Source of the DNA: Treponema sp.
Lineage (GTDB): Bacteria > Spirochaetota > Spirochaetia > Treponematales > Treponemataceae
Reading direction: 5' to 3'
NCBI GenBank assembly: GCA_024402665.1
Contig: JAKSTI010000010.1
Location: forward strand, 494 to 64,493
Length of the DNA stretch: 64,000 nucleotides
Under the pieces are notes generated by a model. It did not search any database. It saw only the letters and a list, made by a program, of their open reading frames with translations, and was not told the origin of the DNA. The position numbers were made by a program, and so were the translations under genes. Below, piece by piece: positions 49,106 through 59,436 of the stretch; the first letter of the stretch is position 1, and the number at the start of each line of letters is the position of its first letter.

Positions 49106-51484
49106 CTAGAAACTTCTGTCGTACATCATAGAACTGATATAAGAAGTAGTTACTCCAAGGAAAATTGTAAGTCCCATAAGATGAACTGGTGTAAATGAAC
49201 TTAATGCAAGTGCACCAAAAGAAATTACTGTAGTTACAAAAGAGAACATTGTGGCAAAAGGTTCAAGAGTTTTATTTTCACGTTCCTTGTCATTTTCGTT
49301 CTCAATCATATAAATGATGTAATCAATTCCAAGACCAAATACAAGAATAATTCCTGTTGTGGCAAAGAATTCAATATCAATTTTTGCAACAGCAAAGTAT
49401 GCAACTGTAATCAAAATAATAAGACATGGAATTGAAATAATCTTAAGAGCCTGCTTCCAGTTATAGAAAAGTTTGAGCACAATAAACATTACAATATAAG
49501 CGATTGCAAAAATCTTAAGAATCATGATTGTAAGTTTATCAAGATCATTTCCCATATCAGCCATCTTACTTACAAAATAAACATTATCCATTCCTTTTGT
49601 AAGTTCACGGAAAGCTTCTTTATTATCCATTTTATTTGGCATTACAACTGTATAATATTTGCCGTCTATATTTCCAAGCCATGCAGATGAAATTGAAGAA
49701 GTAACATATTCAGGAACGTTGCCGCTTTCAAGACTGATGTATTTTTTTTCTGCAGCATCAAGTTCAGCCTGCAAATCTTCTGCCCATGAAGCATCAAATC
49801 CAAGCATTTCATACTGATCTTCTGCGTAATCCATAAGTTTTTTACAAGCTGCAATAGAACGTTTCTGCTGTTCAATTGAAGGAACAAAAAGGGTTGTACT
49901 GATATAACCAACTTCTTCCGGAGCCGATGTATCAAGGATTTTGCAAACTTCTTTTTCTCTTAATAAAGCTTCTTCTTCTGTATCGCCGCAAATAATGTAC
50001 CAGCCAGAAGGATTGTATCTGATGATTTCTGAAACTTCTTTGTTATCTTCATAAAGTTTACCTTCAACAGTAAACAGTTTGAACATATCGTTTTTAATGC
50101 GGATATTATTATGGAAGATTGCAATTAAAAGGATTGCAACAACAAAAATTGAAGTATTAACAATGCGGCCAAATTTCTGCTTGCGTTCCAGATTTGTTGG
50201 CTTAATCAAAGATGCAATTGCTAATTTACGTTCTTTCTTTGGAAGAGGAATTAATGGATAAATACCAAGAGTTGTAATATAAGAACTAAGTAATCCTACA
50301 AGACAGAATGTTGCCATCTGACGGAGCAATGTAAATGGAGCAAACAAAAGGATTGTAAAACAAATGCCTGTAGAAATAATTGCCATTGATAATCCTGGCA
50401 TAAGATGATTTCTAATCTCTTTTCCAGATTTCAAAGACGGATTTCCGCCCCAGTTTACAAAGTAATGAAGGCTGTAATCTATACAAGAACCAATTAAGGA
50501 AGTTCCAAATACAAGTGTAAGAATGTGCATCTGTTTAAATGAAGCAAGTGTTACTAAGAAAGCAGCCACCATAGAAACAACGATTGAGAATACACTGTAG
50601 AAAAGTGGAACTGGAGATTTGAAAACTAATAAAAGAATCAATACAACAATAATCATAGAAACTGTTGTAATAATTGAGATTTCAGAAATTGCGGAAGTTG
50701 AATTTTCCTGACTTGTAAATGGAGTTCCAAAGAAAAGGAAGCGTGTTCCATCAGTTTCAAGATTATGACAAACATCGTAAATTTCAACAACGCCGTTTGT
50801 TTTGCTCATCATGGCAGCACCTTCATCAGAAAGATTACCACGAAGGAAAACATACCATTTGCCGTCTTTTTCAGAAGCCATAACACTGTCTTTAATAGAC
50901 ATTGCTGTTCCAGAAGACTGAACTGCCTTCATATAATTTGAAAATTCAGTTTCGCATAACATAAAAGGATCAGTTTCAAGATTATCAAGCGGGAGCACAT
51001 TGAATGGACTATAAGCCTGCATCAAAGCATTTTCTGCAAACTGTTCTGCTCCACCATCGCTTTCAATTAATTCAATATCTTCTTCACTAAGCAAATGGAA
51101 TCTGTAATCATACATAAAATCTGTTACTTCAGTGAGTTCAGAAAAATTATTATACAAAGTTAATGATGTAAAATTAGAACTGTCTTTTAAGGAATTATAA
51201 GCACTGTCAGCCGCATTCTTTGCCTTATCAAAACTTTCATTTTCAACAAGGATATAAACATTCTGTCCTGTAATACTTGTTAATTTTTCATCAACAATTT
51301 TGACAGATTCGTTATCCATTTTTTTAGGAAGCATATTCAAAAGATTTGCATCAATTTGAATGGCAGCTGGATTAGAAAGATATCGTAATATAAAAAATAA
51401 AATGATACCTGCATGGACCGCAATCCATGCAGCAAAAAAAGCTTTTCTGCTTGAATTATTTAAGATTGAGTTTAGCTTTTTCAT
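49106..51484 (-). CDS. MMPL/RND family exporter (ApeM-like)
   Basis: TLVFGTSLIGSCIDYSLHY, GLGIDY and SFGALALSS motifs; two-repeat TM topology. Confidence 0.85.
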   Translation of the reverse strand: MKKLNSILNNSSRKAFFAAWIAVHAGIILFFILRYLSNPAAIQIDANLLNMLPKKMDNESVKIVDEKLTSITGQNVYILVENESFDKAKNAADSAYNSLKDSSNFTSLTLYNNFSELTEVTDFMYDYRFHLLSEEDIELIESDGGAEQFAENALMQAYSPFNVLPLDNLETDPFMLCETEFSNYMKAVQSSGTAMSIKDSVMASEKDGKWYVFLRGNLSDEGAAMMSKTNGVVEIYDVCHNLETDGTRFLFFGTPFTSQENSTSAISEISIITTVSMIIVVLILLLVFKSPVPLFYSVFSIVVSMVAAFLVTLASFKQMHILTLVFGTSLIGSCIDYSLHYFVNWGGNPSLKSGKEIRNHLMPGLSMAIISTGICFTILLFAPFTLLRQMATFCLVGLLSSYITTLGIYPLIPLPKKERKLAIASLIKPTNLERKQKFGRIVNTSIFVVAILLIAIFHNNIRIKNDMFKLFTVEGKLYEDNKEVSEIIRYNPSGWYIICGDTEEEALLREKEVCKILDTSAPEEVGYISTTLFVPSIEQQKRSIAACKKLMDYAEDQYEMLGFDASWAEDLQAELDAAEKKYISLESGNVPEYVTSSISSAWLGNIDGKYYTVVMPNKMDNKEAFRELTKGMDNVYFVSKMADMGNDLDKLTIMILKIFAIAYIVMFIVLKLFYNWKQALKIISIPCLIILITVAYFAVAKIDIEFFATTGIILVFGLGIDYIIYMIENENDKERENKTLEPFATMFSFVTTVISFGALALSSFTPVHLMGLTIFLGVTTSYISSMMYDRSF

Positions 51485-52103
51485 CAGAAGTTAATTCCTT
51501 TGAATAGGTTTGATTTGTAAACTGGTAAGTAACTGTATTACCACCGTTTTCTGTAAGTATAATAGAATCAAGAGATGTTGATTTACCGTTTGATTTTCCT
51601 TTCAAAACAATCTTACCTACAACAGAAGAGATAGTTGAATCTTTTGGAAGGAGATTCATTTCCCAGGAATTGTCAGCGGCAGCCTTAAAATCAACAGTGA
51701 AGTTTTTCTGAAGTAAAGACAAATCATTACTGAAAATAGCAACAAGAGTTGAGGCAATGCTGGCAAAAGACTGATTATCTTTTGCATTGATTTCTTTTTT
51801 AGAACCGTCAGCACCAACCTGAGTAATAACAGAAGGAGTTACAATCATTGAACTTGGAAATGGTTTTTTAGTTTCCCATACAATTCCATCAACACAGAAA
51901 AGGTAAACACCTGAAGATTTAAGTTCACGTTTTCCTTTTGCAGAATTAACAGCTTTAATCTGTGTAAAATCGCCTTTAGTAACAGGATTCACTGCAAGCT
52001 GTTTACAAACATCCTGAACAGTTAAACCTGCAGCAAAACTATTTGCACAAAAAACAAAACTCAAAGCAATAACAGATAAAACAAATTTAATTTTTCTATT
52101 CAT
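51456..52103 (-). CDS. LolA-like outer-membrane lipoprotein carrier (ApeL-like)
   Basis: Signal peptide, KGDFTQ.K...LKSSG..GIVWETKKPF motif. Start ATG 52103 with GGAG. Confidence 0.8.
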   Translation of the reverse strand: MNRKIKFVLSVIALSFVFCANSFAAGLTVQDVCKQLAVNPVTKGDFTQIKAVNSAKGKRELKSSGVYLFCVDGIVWETKKPFPSSMIVTPSVITQVGADGSKKEINAKDNQSFASIASTLVAIFSNDLSLLQKNFTVDFKAAADNSWEMNLLPKDSTISSVVGKIVLKGKSNGKSTSLDSIILTENGGNTVTYQFTNQTYSKELTSDEKAKLNLK

Positions 52104-52187
52104 TTCAAAACTCCTGACTATTATTTTTGAAATCGATAAATTATAAAAGATTTCACATTTCTTAACAAGTTTGCTATAATTTATAAT

Positions 52188-53015
52188 ATGGAACATATCG
52201 TAAAGCCTGGAACATACATTCCAGAAACAAACTTCACTTATCCGGAAAATCCTTCCGAACCTCTATTTAATCCAAAAATTATTCGCAATATTGATATTGA
52301 AAATAATTTTCCATTCTTAGACAAATCCTTTAAAGGACGCATAAGAAACTTTCTTATTTACACAGGCATTTTCCTGCTTGTATTCCCATTGAATAAAATC
52401 CGATATGGATTAAAAGTTACAGGAAAAAAGAATCTCCGAAAAAACAGAAAATATTTCAAAAACGGAGCTATTACTGTAGCAAATCATGTTTACAGATGGG
52501 ACTATCTTGCAGTTCTTTACGCTGTAAAATTCAGAAGAATGTGGTTTCCAGCCAGAGCAGCAAATATTCAGGGGTCTGACAGTAACTTGATTCTTGGTGC
52601 AGGCGGAATCCCTATTCCAGAAACACTTGGTGCAGCCCGCCACTTTAATGAAGCATTTGACACTCTTCATAAAAAGAAGAAATGGATCCACATTTTCCCA
52701 GAAAGCTGCAGATGGGAATTTTATGAACCAATCAGACCTTTCTTTAAAGGCAGCTTCAAGATGGCATACAGATACAAAGTACCTGTAATTCCTATGGTAT
52801 TCTCATATAGAGAACCAAAAGGAATTTACAAACTTTTTAAGGTAAAACATCCATTAATTACACTTTCAATCGGTAATCCAATTTTTCAGGACAGCAAAGA
52901 GTTTGAAGGATTATCAAAAAATGAAATTATTGAAAAAATGTGTTTAGATACACATCAACAGATGGTTGAAATGGCAGGTATTGAACAAAACTGCTGGCCA
53001 CCTATTGCAGAATAA
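52188..53015 (+). CDS. Lysophospholipid (PlsC-type) acyltransferase family protein
   Basis: NHVYRWD (HX4D), IFPE and PVIPM motifs. Confidence 0.85.
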   Translation: MEHIVKPGTYIPETNFTYPENPSEPLFNPKIIRNIDIENNFPFLDKSFKGRIRNFLIYTGIFLLVFPLNKIRYGLKVTGKKNLRKNRKYFKNGAITVANHVYRWDYLAVLYAVKFRRMWFPARAANIQGSDSNLILGAGGIPIPETLGAARHFNEAFDTLHKKKKWIHIFPESCRWEFYEPIRPFFKGSFKMAYRYKVPVIPMVFSYREPKGIYKLFKVKHPLITLSIGNPIFQDSKEFEGLSKNEIIEKMCLDTHQQMVEMAGIEQNCWPPIAE

Positions 53016-53697
53016 AATCAGAAAATTCTTCCCATGAAAGGAAAGGATGTTTCACAGTGTCCTTATCAGTGCCATTTTTATAGGTGCTGATCTGGACAAA
53101 CTTCATTCCACTTAAACGAGCCCCTTCTCCATCAGTATCATTTCTGTCACCAACTACAAGCACTCTCTCTGGCGAAACTTTTAAAACATCTGCAACTTTT
53201 ATAAACATCTGGGCAGCTGGCTTAAAACAGAATAATTGTTCGGTAGAAAAGCAAGTATCTTCACAATGAATAGATTCAGCAGTTACTCCAAGAGCCTGCA
53301 GTCTTTCTTTTACATTAGGATAATCGCTCAAAATAGAAGTTTTAATATTCTTTTTGTACAAAGCATCAAAAACTTCGATAATATTTTCTCTGGGTTTATA
53401 TTTTTTTCGCAATACTTTTGCAAAATTTTTCATGTATTTTTTATAAAACCAGTTTTCAATAAATTTTCTGGAATAAATACTTTTCTTAGCAATAGCGCCA
53501 AAATACACATCATTATAGGCGTTAACGGAATCAAAAGACTGCCCTTTAAGCCCATTATGCACAACTCTTTCCTTGTACATCAACAAAGCAAAAAAAGGCA
53601 TTCCTTTGATTAAATTGCGAGAAAAATCTTTGTAATCATATAAGGTGCCATCAAAATCAAAAATGATGGCATCTATATTATTAAGTTCAGGAATCAT
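53002..53697 (-). CDS. HAD-superfamily hydrolase
   Basis: FDFDGTLYD, KPA and VGDRNDTDGEGA motifs. Confidence 0.9.
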   Translation of the reverse strand: MIPELNNIDAIIFDFDGTLYDYKDFSRNLIKGMPFFALLMYKERVVHNGLKGQSFDSVNAYNDVYFGAIAKKSIYSRKFIENWFYKKYMKNFAKVLRKKYKPRENIIEVFDALYKKNIKTSILSDYPNVKERLQALGVTAESIHCEDTCFSTEQLFCFKPAAQMFIKVADVLKVSPERVLVVGDRNDTDGEGARLSGMKFVQISTYKNGTDKDTVKHPFLSWEEFSDFILQ

Positions 53698-55400
53698 TAT
53701 TTAATAACCAATTCTTTGAACATTGCGTGGCGTTTTTCATCCTGCATAAGAAGGTTGAGTTTGAACTGTCCGTCGCGGAAACCTTTCTTCAAACATTCTT
53801 CCTTGAACTTAGCAAAAGAATCTTCCTGTAATACGTGAGCAATTGGATCTTTAACACGTAAAGAGTCGCGTTTTGCTTCATATTCGATATTTACAGATTT
53901 AAGTTTAGCATCTACGCAGTCATTGAATTTTTTAACATCTTCGTCTGAAATTTTATTCTTGAATTCATAGTAGATGTGGTATACAGAATTCTGAACATCA
54001 GCAAAACCTACAAAGAAAGCAGTGTTGATTCCAGTTTCTTCTTCTGCAAGACCAACAGCTTCAATAAACTGGCGTTCGTGTAATTTTTCACCAGTCATAG
54101 AGATAATTCCGTTGATTTTCTGGATGAACTGAATTGTTGGAATTGTACCGAATTTACCAGTAACTTCAATAAGGTCATTCATATTGTATCTGTAAAGACC
54201 TGCAAAAGTTGTTACATAAATTGAATAGCGTTTTCCAACTTCAAGTTCGTGGAGCTGAAGGAATTTTGGATTTGGATTTTCAAGATCTTCTTCAGAAATG
54301 AATTCAAAATAATGCATATGTGGGAACAATACAGTATCATTCTGACCATTAAGAACAAGACCAGTTCTACATTCTGAAGAGAAGTAAGAGAATTCCTGAT
54401 GGAGTGTATCTTCAGAGAATGAACCCTGGAATTTATCCATATAAACTTTTGTATTACCACATTTCCATGTTGTAAGAATACAAAGTCTTGGCCAGTAGTG
54501 TTTTGGAAGAACATTACCGTATTTTGCTTTTAATTCACGAAGTTCTGCAGCACGAGCAGGATTTGGTTTGAAAACTGGAGCAAGAGCAGCTCTGATTTCT
54601 GGAGAAATATCAAGAGATTCGTTTAATGTACCGTTTTCAATATCTTTTACGTAATCATCAAAGTATTCGTTTACATTGTTCTGCATTTCTACGATTGTAG
54701 ATGGGTTTGCAGTTACAATTACGTGAACATCCTGTTCAATACCAATTCTCATAAGAGTATAGTAACGTGCTGTATAATCAGAAATAGAGAATACATCTGC
54801 TGGAGCCGAATGAATACATTTAATGAAATCTGGAATATCGCGGCGAGTTACACCAGAAACAGATCCGTATACAGTTCCATCTGGAGCATAACCTTCAATA
54901 TCTTTACCTACGATTGAGAGTGCTGGACCTTCAAAACAATGTGGACGATGCATCATAAATGTGTAAAGCCAGAGCTTTGTCATTTTACTGTATACATTGT
55001 CATAATATTCGTTTGTGATTGGAATCCATTTTGGTTCTTTTGTAGTACCACTTGTTGTAGCATACATTTTTGGTTTTCCAGGGAAAAGAATATTTTCTTC
55101 ACCATTCTTATGTCTTTCAACAAATGGTCTGAAATCTTCATAATCAGCAGGAGGAACATTTTTCTGCCACAAAGCAAAAAGTTCTTCATCAGTTGTTGCT
55201 GCAAGGATATCTGCAAAATTATGAGCTTTACCCCATTCAGAATCTTTTGCATAATCAAGAATGTTTCTTAATGTCTGTGCTTCTGTATTTTTACAATTTT
55301 TTGATGCTTTCTTAACAAGTTTGTACTGTTTTTTTCCTACAAATCCAAGTGCAAAATTGATAAGCCACAATTTTTTTGGTTTATTTGGTAACTTAGCCAT
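53697..55400 (-). CDS. GH3 (acyl-acid amido synthetase-like) family protein
   Basis: TTSGTTKEPKWIP, YFSSE, YFEFI, TTFAGLYRY..DLIEV and GEKL motifs. Confidence 0.88.
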   Translation of the reverse strand: MAKLPNKPKKLWLINFALGFVGKKQYKLVKKASKNCKNTEAQTLRNILDYAKDSEWGKAHNFADILAATTDEELFALWQKNVPPADYEDFRPFVERHKNGEENILFPGKPKMYATTSGTTKEPKWIPITNEYYDNVYSKMTKLWLYTFMMHRPHCFEGPALSIVGKDIEGYAPDGTVYGSVSGVTRRDIPDFIKCIHSAPADVFSISDYTARYYTLMRIGIEQDVHVIVTANPSTIVEMQNNVNEYFDDYVKDIENGTLNESLDISPEIRAALAPVFKPNPARAAELRELKAKYGNVLPKHYWPRLCILTTWKCGNTKVYMDKFQGSFSEDTLHQEFSYFSSECRTGLVLNGQNDTVLFPHMHYFEFISEEDLENPNPKFLQLHELEVGKRYSIYVTTFAGLYRYNMNDLIEVTGKFGTIPTIQFIQKINGIISMTGEKLHERQFIEAVGLAEEETGINTAFFVGFADVQNSVYHIYYEFKNKISDEDVKKFNDCVDAKLKSVNIEYEAKRDSLRVKDPIAHVLQEDSFAKFKEECLKKGFRDGQFKLNLLMQDEKRHAMFKELVIK

Positions 55401-55505
55401 TTAATAGCCTCCAAAGAAAAAATAATAAACTCAATCGGTTAATTTTACATTGAATTTGTCAAATTTTCAAGGAGGCCATTTTTTTTTAAGAATTATAACA
55501 GATTT

Positions 55506-55922
55506 TTAAACGCAGCTTTTCTTTATGCAGACAGCCGGTTTCTTATAATCAGCTTTCCACAATTTATGAATATTGCAATATTCAAAAGCCGCTTCTACTT
55601 TTTCTCCCGACATAATCGCAAAATCCACATTTGGAGAATTACCCGGATCAAGCCACTTCTGTTGAATTCCCTTATCGGTTTGCAACAAAATCCATTCAAT
55701 GTAATGTTCTGTTTCAGAGGGATGTATTTTTGCCCCCACCGTAACAGATACAGTATTCCCAGACACTTTTATTACAGGCACATGTTTTTCTGCAGGCCCG
55801 TCTGTAGTACCAGGAATTAATTCAACCATTGCTTCACCACAACAAATAGTGGGAGTTCCAGAATTCTTTACAATGGCAATTATTTTGCCACAGTGTTTGC
55901 AATAATAAAATTTTAATTGCAT
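55506..55922 (-). CDS. Desulfoferrodoxin / 2Fe superoxide reductase
   Basis: CKHC...CC rubredoxin-like site; EKHVP, HYIEWI and CNIH motifs. Confidence 0.92.
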   Translation of the reverse strand: MQLKFYYCKHCGKIIAIVKNSGTPTICCGEAMVELIPGTTDGPAEKHVPVIKVSGNTVSVTVGAKIHPSETEHYIEWILLQTDKGIQQKWLDPGNSPNVDFAIMSGEKVEAAFEYCNIHKLWKADYKKPAVCIKKSCV

Positions 55923-56120
55923 AGATCACCTCGTAAATTACAATAGATTTCAGCCCAGAAACTCTGAAGCTGCCAACACTTATAAAATACACCTGTCCAT
56001 AAAAAAAGTGGCATAAATACACCCGCAAACGGTCACCAGAAAATCACACAGAATAAGATGATTAGTTTTTCTATCAATTCATTTTGCTTTTATTATTTTT
56101 ATAGAAGGAGGCTTGAAAAT

Positions 56121-57113
56121 ATGAAAATAGCTTTTTACGATACACATTCTTATGACAAAGATGCGTTCACTTTGGAAAATCAAAATTACAATTATGAGAT
56201 TGATTTTTTTGATTTTAAACTTTCAGAAAAAACAGCGGCTACAGCAAAAGGGTTTGATGCAGTTTGTGTTTTTGTAAATGATATTCTTGATAAACCTTGT
56301 CTGGAAACTCTTGCACTTTACGGGATTCAGCTTGTAATTCTAAGATGCGCTGGTTTTAATAATGTAGATCTGGAAACTGCAAAAAATCTTATGATTAAAG
56401 TAGTAAGGGTTCCTTCTTATTCACCAGAGGCAGTTGCCGAACATGCAGTTGCATTACTTCTGGCCCTTACAAGAAAGATTCCACAATCTTATGTACGGAC
56501 AAAAAGTGGAAATTTTACACTGGAAGGATTAACAGGCAGAAATCTGAATGGATTAACGGCTGGGATAATTGGGACTGGAAAAATAGGAAAAACACTTGCA
56601 AATATATTAAAAGGGTTTGGAATCAATATTATATTGCATGATAAATATCCTGATCACACCTGGGCTGAACAAAGAAATTTTTCATACGTTCCATTAGACG
56701 AGCTGTTCAAAACAAGTGACATAATAAGTTTGCACTGCCCTCTTAATGATGAAACAAAATATATCATAAACGAAAAATCTATCGCTTTGATGAAAAATGA
56801 TGCTGTAATTATAAACACAGGTCGCGGTGCATTAATCAATACTGCTGCATTAGTAAAAGCATTAAAAGAAAAAAAGATAGGTGGAGCAGCACTTGATGTA
56901 TATGAAGAAGAAAGCAAATACTTTTTCAGCGACTGGTCGGAAAATGTAATCAGCGATGATATTTTAATCAGACTTTTAACATTTCCAAATGTAATTGTCA
57001 CAAGTCATCAGGCATTCTTAACAAAAGAAGCCCTTTGTGAAATTGCAAAAACTTCTCTGGAAAATGCAAGAAAAATTGAAGCAGGAGAAAACGGAGCAAA
57101 TCTGCTTATCTGA
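56121..57113 (+). CDS. ldhA: D-lactate dehydrogenase (D-2-hydroxyacid dehydrogenase)
   Basis: LRCAGFNNVD, RVPSYSPEAVAEH, GTGKIG, LDVYEEE and TSHQAF motifs. Start 56121 after GGAGG. Confidence 0.85.
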   Translation: MKIAFYDTHSYDKDAFTLENQNYNYEIDFFDFKLSEKTAATAKGFDAVCVFVNDILDKPCLETLALYGIQLVILRCAGFNNVDLETAKNLMIKVVRVPSYSPEAVAEHAVALLLALTRKIPQSYVRTKSGNFTLEGLTGRNLNGLTAGIIGTGKIGKTLANILKGFGINIILHDKYPDHTWAEQRNFSYVPLDELFKTSDIISLHCPLNDETKYIINEKSIALMKNDAVIINTGRGALINTAALVKALKEKKIGGAALDVYEEESKYFFSDWSENVISDDILIRLLTFPNVIVTSHQAFLTKEALCEIAKTSLENARKIEAGENGANLLI

Positions 57114-57122
57114 TTTCTTACG

Positions 57123-57812
57123 CTATTTTTCCATAGTCTGATTTTTTTCTTTTTCTTTCCTATATAAATCTACAAGCTGTTCTCGAGTAATATTTCCATT
57201 TCGCTCCCGGGCAGCTTTTAATTTTCTATAAATTGTATTCTCACTAAAACCTTCAACTTCTTTCTGGTAAACTTTTCCATCACAAAGCTGATCCAGAATC
57301 ATTTTTTCATCTTCAAACAGAATAAGTTTTTTTCTGTCATATTTATTGTTCAGAACATAACCTACAACCTGAACAAACCAGACACTGCGGACAATATGAA
57401 TAAAGAAATGAATCAGTGTTTCGTCATTTAAACCAAAAGCAATACAGACACAAAGAAAATATAAAGAAATAGCGGGAATCTTAAGTTTAGGCTGAATCCC
57501 AACAACAATACAAATCACAAAAAGGGCCGTATAATTATTGAACAAAAAGGATTCTTCCATGGAAATCAGAAACACAAGGGTCAGACCATAGATTAAATAG
57601 AACCAGGAAAAAAATCGTTTTTGGGAAAGAAGGACGACGGGAACATAAATAAGATTAAAGCTGATTACAATCCAGGTGCGGATAGTAAAAACCCCTTCAA
57701 TTCCACGCCAGAAATACAGGAGGGCAAGAAGGAATGATTCAATAGAAGTAAAAAGAATAAAATTGTCATTTAAAAGTCTGGAGAGACTTTTTGAAAACTT
57801 TTTTTCGCTCAT
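57123..57812 (-). CDS. Membrane protein with C-terminal HTH-like domain
   Basis: Multiple TM segments, then LFEDEKMILDQL...FSENTIYRKLKAAR; architecture parallels 28978-29739. Confidence 0.6.
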   Translation of the reverse strand: MSEKKFSKSLSRLLNDNFILFTSIESFLLALLYFWRGIEGVFTIRTWIVISFNLIYVPVVLLSQKRFFSWFYLIYGLTLVFLISMEESFLFNNYTALFVICIVVGIQPKLKIPAISLYFLCVCIAFGLNDETLIHFFIHIVRSVWFVQVVGYVLNNKYDRKKLILFEDEKMILDQLCDGKVYQKEVEGFSENTIYRKLKAARERNGNITREQLVDLYRKEKEKNQTMEK

Positions 57813-57926
57813 AAATGTTAAACTCCCATAAATCATTCTAGCACAAATAAAAATTTATTAAAGAACCTACTTGCCAATTTATTAAAATCAACAGATAATT
57901 TTATAAGGAAAAAACAGGGAGTCCTT

Positions 57927-58952
57927 ATGAAAGAAATAGTATTAGGTTCAACAGGAATCGTTTCACCACAGAATGCATTTGGAGCTTTACCAATCCAGCG
58001 CGACGATTTTGAAACAGCCTGCAATATTTTAAGAAGAGCCTATGATGGGGGCATGACTTTTTTTGATACCGCCCGTGCCTACTCAGACAGCGAAGAAAAA
58101 ATGGGATTAGCCCTAAGTGATGTACGAAAAAATATTCACATTGCAACAAAAACAATGGCAAAAAATCCAGAAGATATGAAAAAACAGCTGGAAACTTCAC
58201 TTACAAACTTAAAAACAGATTACGTAGATATTTACCAGTTTCATTGTGCAGATCAGGTTTACAGACCAGGGGATGGAACTGGAATGTATGAAACTGTAGA
58301 AGAATTCAAAAAGCAGGGAATGATTCGCCACATTGGAATTACAGCTCATAAAATTGGAGTTGCCGAAGATGCAGTAAAATCTGGTTTATACGAAACACTT
58401 CAGTTCCCATTCAGCTATCTTTCTGGTCAGCGGGAAATTGATCTGGTAAAACTTTGTAAAGAACATAATGTTGGTTTTATTGCAATGAAAGGTCTTGCCG
58501 GCGGATTAATTACAAATTCAAAAGCAGCTTACACTTTTATGACACAGTATGATAACGTTCTTCCAATCTGGGGTGTGCAGCATATGCATGAACTGGAAGA
58601 ATGGCTTACTTTTATGAAAGATTCACCAGAATTTGATGATGAGATGAAGGCATTTATTGAAAAAGACAAACTCTCTTTTGGGGATGAATTCTGCCGTGGA
58701 TGCGGTTATTGTATGCCTTGTCCTCAGGGAATTATTATCAACAACTGTGCCCGAATGATTCAGATGATTCGCCGCAGTCCTTCTAAAAACTGGCTTAACG
58801 AATACTGGCAGGATGCTTTTAAAAAGATTGATAACTGTACAAATTGCGGTGCCTGTAAAAAGAAATGCCCATATGGACTGGATATCCCAGTTTTATTAAA
58901 GAAAAACCAGGAAGATTACAATAATATTCTTTCTGGTAAAACTAAGGTGTGA
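57927..58952 (+). CDS. Aldo/keto reductase with C-terminal 4Fe-4S domain
   Basis: FFDTARAY, IATK, CRGCGYCMPCP and CTNCGACKKKCPY motifs. Confidence 0.92.
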   Translation: MKEIVLGSTGIVSPQNAFGALPIQRDDFETACNILRRAYDGGMTFFDTARAYSDSEEKMGLALSDVRKNIHIATKTMAKNPEDMKKQLETSLTNLKTDYVDIYQFHCADQVYRPGDGTGMYETVEEFKKQGMIRHIGITAHKIGVAEDAVKSGLYETLQFPFSYLSGQREIDLVKLCKEHNVGFIAMKGLAGGLITNSKAAYTFMTQYDNVLPIWGVQHMHELEEWLTFMKDSPEFDDEMKAFIEKDKLSFGDEFCRGCGYCMPCPQGIIINNCARMIQMIRRSPSKNWLNEYWQDAFKKIDNCTNCGACKKKCPYGLDIPVLLKKNQEDYNNILSGKTKV

Positions 58953-59377
58953 AATTAATTATGACTCCAATTCAAGAAGAAATATATAAAGCAATAAAAC
59001 AACTGTCAGAAAAAGCATCTTTTACAGAGTTTCAACTGGCAAAAAAAATCAGAGAAAATACGAAATTCGAAGGAAAGAAAAAGGCAGGCATTTCCTTAGC
59101 CGATATTCTGGAAGTAGTTGATACTTTAAATTCTGAAGAAATCTTTTTTTCAATTCATGTCAATTCTGTAAATGAATGTTTGTTGAAAAAAGAAACTGGA
59201 ATTGTGGAATTGCCTTTGGAAGCAAAACAGCGACGTCAGAAATCAGAAAAATCAATGGAAATTTTTACATCAGGAGATTTTTCTGGAAAAAAAGGAAAGT
59301 CTGGTAAATCAAAAATTGTAAAAGAAAAACGTAACGAAAGAAAAAAAATGAGTATTTACGAAAACTACGACGATTAA
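58949..59377 (+). CDS. Hypothetical protein with basic C-terminal tail
   Basis: GTGA start/stop overlap with the upstream gene; 142 aa. Confidence 0.6.
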   Translation: MKLIMTPIQEEIYKAIKQLSEKASFTEFQLAKKIRENTKFEGKKKAGISLADILEVVDTLNSEEIFFSIHVNSVNECLLKKETGIVELPLEAKQRRQKSEKSMEIFTSGDFSGKKGKSGKSKIVKEKRNERKKMSIYENYDD

Positions 59378-59436
59378 TCACTCTTCTGAAATTACTACAG
59401 AGCTCACAAAAAGTCCCTGAGCAACAAAATTAAATG

